DNA from: Octopus bimaculoides
Lineage: Eukaryota
Direction: 5' to 3'
Length of the DNA stretch: 38,384 nt
Assembly (NCBI RefSeq): GCF_001194135.2
Contig: NC_068993.1
Coordinates: 987,060-1,025,443 of the forward strand
Shown here: positions 35,157-38,384 of the stretch, in pieces
Layout: every line of letters starts with the position of its first letter
Numbering within the stretch: position 1 is the first letter of the stretch
Notes under the pieces: generated by a model
Databases searched by the model: none
Told to the model about the DNA's origin: nothing
Seen by the model: the letters and a program-made list of their open reading frames with translations, nothing else
Made by a program: the position numbers and the translations under genes

Positions 35157-35635
35157 NNNNNNNNNNNNNNNNNNNNNNNNNNNNNNNNNNNNNNNNNNNN
35201 NNNNNNNNNNNNNNNNNNNNNNNNNNNNNNNNNNNNNNNNNNNNNNNNNNNNNNNNNNNNNNNNNNNNNNNNNNNNNNNNNNNNNNNNNNNNNNNNNNNN
35301 NNNNNNNNNNNNNNNNNNNNNNNNNNNNNNNNNNNNNNNNNNNNNNNNNNNNNNNNNNNNNNNNNNNNNNNNNNNNNNNNNNNNNNNNNNNNNNNNNNNN
35401 NNNNNNNNNNNNNNNNNNNNNNNNNNNNNNNNNNNNNNNNNNNNNNNNNNNNNNNNNNNNNNNNNNNNNNNNNNNNNNNNNNNNNNNNNNNNNNNNNNNN
35501 NNNNNNNNNNNNNNNNNNNNNNNNNNNNNNNNNNNNNNNNNNNNNNNNNNNNNNNNNNNNNNNNNNNNNNNNNNNNNNNNNNNNNNNNNNNNNNNNNNNN
35601 NNNNNNNNNNNNNNNNNNNNNNNNNNNNNNNNNNN

Positions 35636-35691
<56 letters not shown>

Positions 35692-36047
35692 GAGTGGTGT
35701 TATTGCTTTTGTAATAACAACTGGTGTCTTGTAAATAATGGTAAATAAGATTCCAATGAATTTAAGACCATCGTCTACATGCTGTTTTCTCCTTCTTACT
35801 CTTAATAACTATTTTGACAGTTTCCAAGGAGGCTGACTTTCGCAATTTAACCATTCATTGGTCTTGCTTGCAGAATAATCTTTAATTATCAATTGAAATC
35901 ATCATCAGCATCAGCATCATCATTGTCGTTGTTGATGATGATGCTGATGAGTATGGAAATGTATATTTGCTGTCAAAAAAGGGTTTGAATTAATTGACAC
36001 TCATTCACAGCTACATGCATATAATACACATACACACGTGTGTGTGT

Positions 36048-36078
<31 letters not shown>

Positions 36079-36283
36079 CATACATATCCTTTTCATCCTC
36101 TTCATCTCTCAATATACTCCCAGTAAACTCTACAAACCATAAATTGCAATTTCTTCCAACTAGAACTGTATTGCTTTTGAAGTTTTGTTGAGTCTCATAG
36201 CAGATCCAATACATGTTTCCTACACCTATTATGGTTTTATTATATCTATTATATTATTACTACTATTACAGTTTCTATTCATA

Positions 36284-36333
<50 letters not shown>

Positions 36334-37023
36334 TGCATGCATTTGCTGCAAATTACTTTTTGCTTTCTTCCACTCTCTCTTACTCTCTTAGGATTTTAAG
36401 TAACAAAGTTACTGTAATATTCTTGCATATTATTCTACCAATTACACCACTCAGTGTTGTACAACTGCCACAACAGTAGATATTCTACTCTACTTTAATA
36501 TATATATATATATATATATTTCATTCTAAATGAAATACATTGACATATAATAAAAACAGTTTATAAACAATATCACTTAATTACAGTTGTTTTTCTCAAT
36601 AGAAATGCATGGGAAATACGTATCACTTCAATAGCTTGTGTTATGCATACTTCTAATACCATGTATTATATATCTGCTAATATCTTGTGTTATACACACA
36701 TCTCTAATATCATCTATCATGCACACCTCAAATATTATATACTCCCTAATATGAAAGCTAAAAGGTAAGCATTATACAAGGAGTTTTATAGTAACCTTTA
36801 ATCTTAAACCTATTCATTTCTCTTTAAAACATTCCCAATATTTGTTCAGGTCTGCAAACAATTTATTCCTTACCAAATTCTTCAATGAATTTGAGATGTA
36901 TTTAACTGATTACAAAATACGTTTTAAGTGTATTTACTAATCAATTTGTAAATATTATAAAACTCAAACAAAATGTATTCAGAATATACATACATTCATA
37001 CATACATACATACATACATACAT

Positions 37024-37091
<68 letters not shown>

Positions 37092-38130
37092 TACATATGT
37101 AAGTATGTATTACAAAGGTAAAAAAAAATGTATTTAGATAAAACAATGATAATATTTTTCAGATATTGCTAAAAGTGGAAGCATTTTCCTACCTATAGTG
37201 GATGGATAACCAAATATTTTGAACTCATCAGCTAGGATCCTTTCGTATTCTTTTCCTACAACAAGATAAAGAAAAAGAAAAAAAAATAATAGAGCAAAAG
37301 TATGACAAAAGGCAGAATAGTTATCAATATTTGAACATTCGGTTGACATTGAAGCTGTAGGTTAGATGTTCTAATTGATGGCCATTAATTTCCAAGTGTT
37401 CATGTTTGGATTCCTTAGTGAAGAAAGCTATTTAGAAGCAAAGCAAACAATTTCACTTGAATATCATTAATACATTTGAATCTTTGTGAATAGGAATTAC
37501 AATAATTAAGAAAGAGTTTTGATTGCTCGGGAGATACGAACCATATAATAAATGTCAAATCTGATCTTTATAGGAACATGAATTGCAAATGATGGTGATA
37601 TTAAAAAAGGATGTTATTGAAGTGTTAAACAGGTTTATATTTGGTTCATTAAATTGAAGAAATGTTAGTTGACAATTAGAATAACAAACACTAATGGCAC
37701 ACAGAATTTATTCAATCGCCTGTTTTGATTATATAATGGCAATCACAGAATGGTTATTTCTTTTTTTTTATTCCTTCTTCTCTCAATACGAATCTTCTGG
37801 TGTCAAGTCAATCATGAGTCAATCAATGGAAGATGACAGATCAAGGTTTCAAACAACCTCATTGCCGTTTATTTTCTCTGCTATTATCGTTTTACTGTTA
37901 TTTAAATTCAGACTTTTATAAAAGTTTGGCGTGGAGGAGGGAGGAGCATCACTTAATCGTTGGGTGTTCTTTTAACTGTTGATTACATTGAACAGTGAAA
38001 TAAAAGTAGTTCTGAATGTGACTGAGACAAGTTCAATATGTCGGGTCTCCCAACAGTAAAAGTATTCCAGTTCATGTAGGGGAGTAAAACAACTCAGGTT
38101 GACATTTGTTTCAACAATTCAACATAGTCA

Positions 38131-38175
<45 letters not shown>

Positions 38176-38254
38176 CATCTCTCCCCCTTACTCTATCTCT
38201 CCTCTCTCTCTCTCTCTCATATATAAATATATGCATTACATATGCATATATACA

Positions 38255-38384
38255 ACATACGTTACATACATATACATATATATATATATATACACATACA
38301 TACATATATATATATATATATACACATACATACATATATATATATATATATACACATACATACATATATATATATATATATACA
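38255..38384. repeat. compound (AT)/(AC) minisatellite with ~26-28-bp period
   Basis: The unit catacatatatatatatatatacacata is repeated to the window end. Confidence 0.8.

Overview
AT-rich, microsatellite-dense animal genomic DNA with nine N-gaps. The repeat content and SINE families are typical of a coleoid cephalopod (Octopus-like); this is inferred, not searched. The window lies inside a large minus-strand gene that I identify as dachshund (dac/DACH). Three GT-AG exons (21895-21700, 16153-16053, 14037-13912) splice in frame into 141 codons of the linker between the two Dachshund domains. There is also a candidate 12-nt microexon at 5243-5232. The conserved DD1 and DD2 exons were not found in the readable sequence. 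The introns carry an internally deleted DD37D/maT Tc1-mariner relic, 3' fragments of two different RLE-type LINEs (R4/Dong-like and HERO-like), several SINE families and many simple repeats. The most notable observations are a tRNA-headed SINE carrying a Penelope-type minimal hammerhead ribozyme in sense orientation within a dac intron, the microexon, a ~500-bp fold-back element with a perfect apex, a Pbx/Meis (Exd/Hth) motif cluster, and an exon/inverted-SINE geometry compatible with a stop-free circRNA. Almost all ORFs in the supplied track are microsatellite or gap artefacts.
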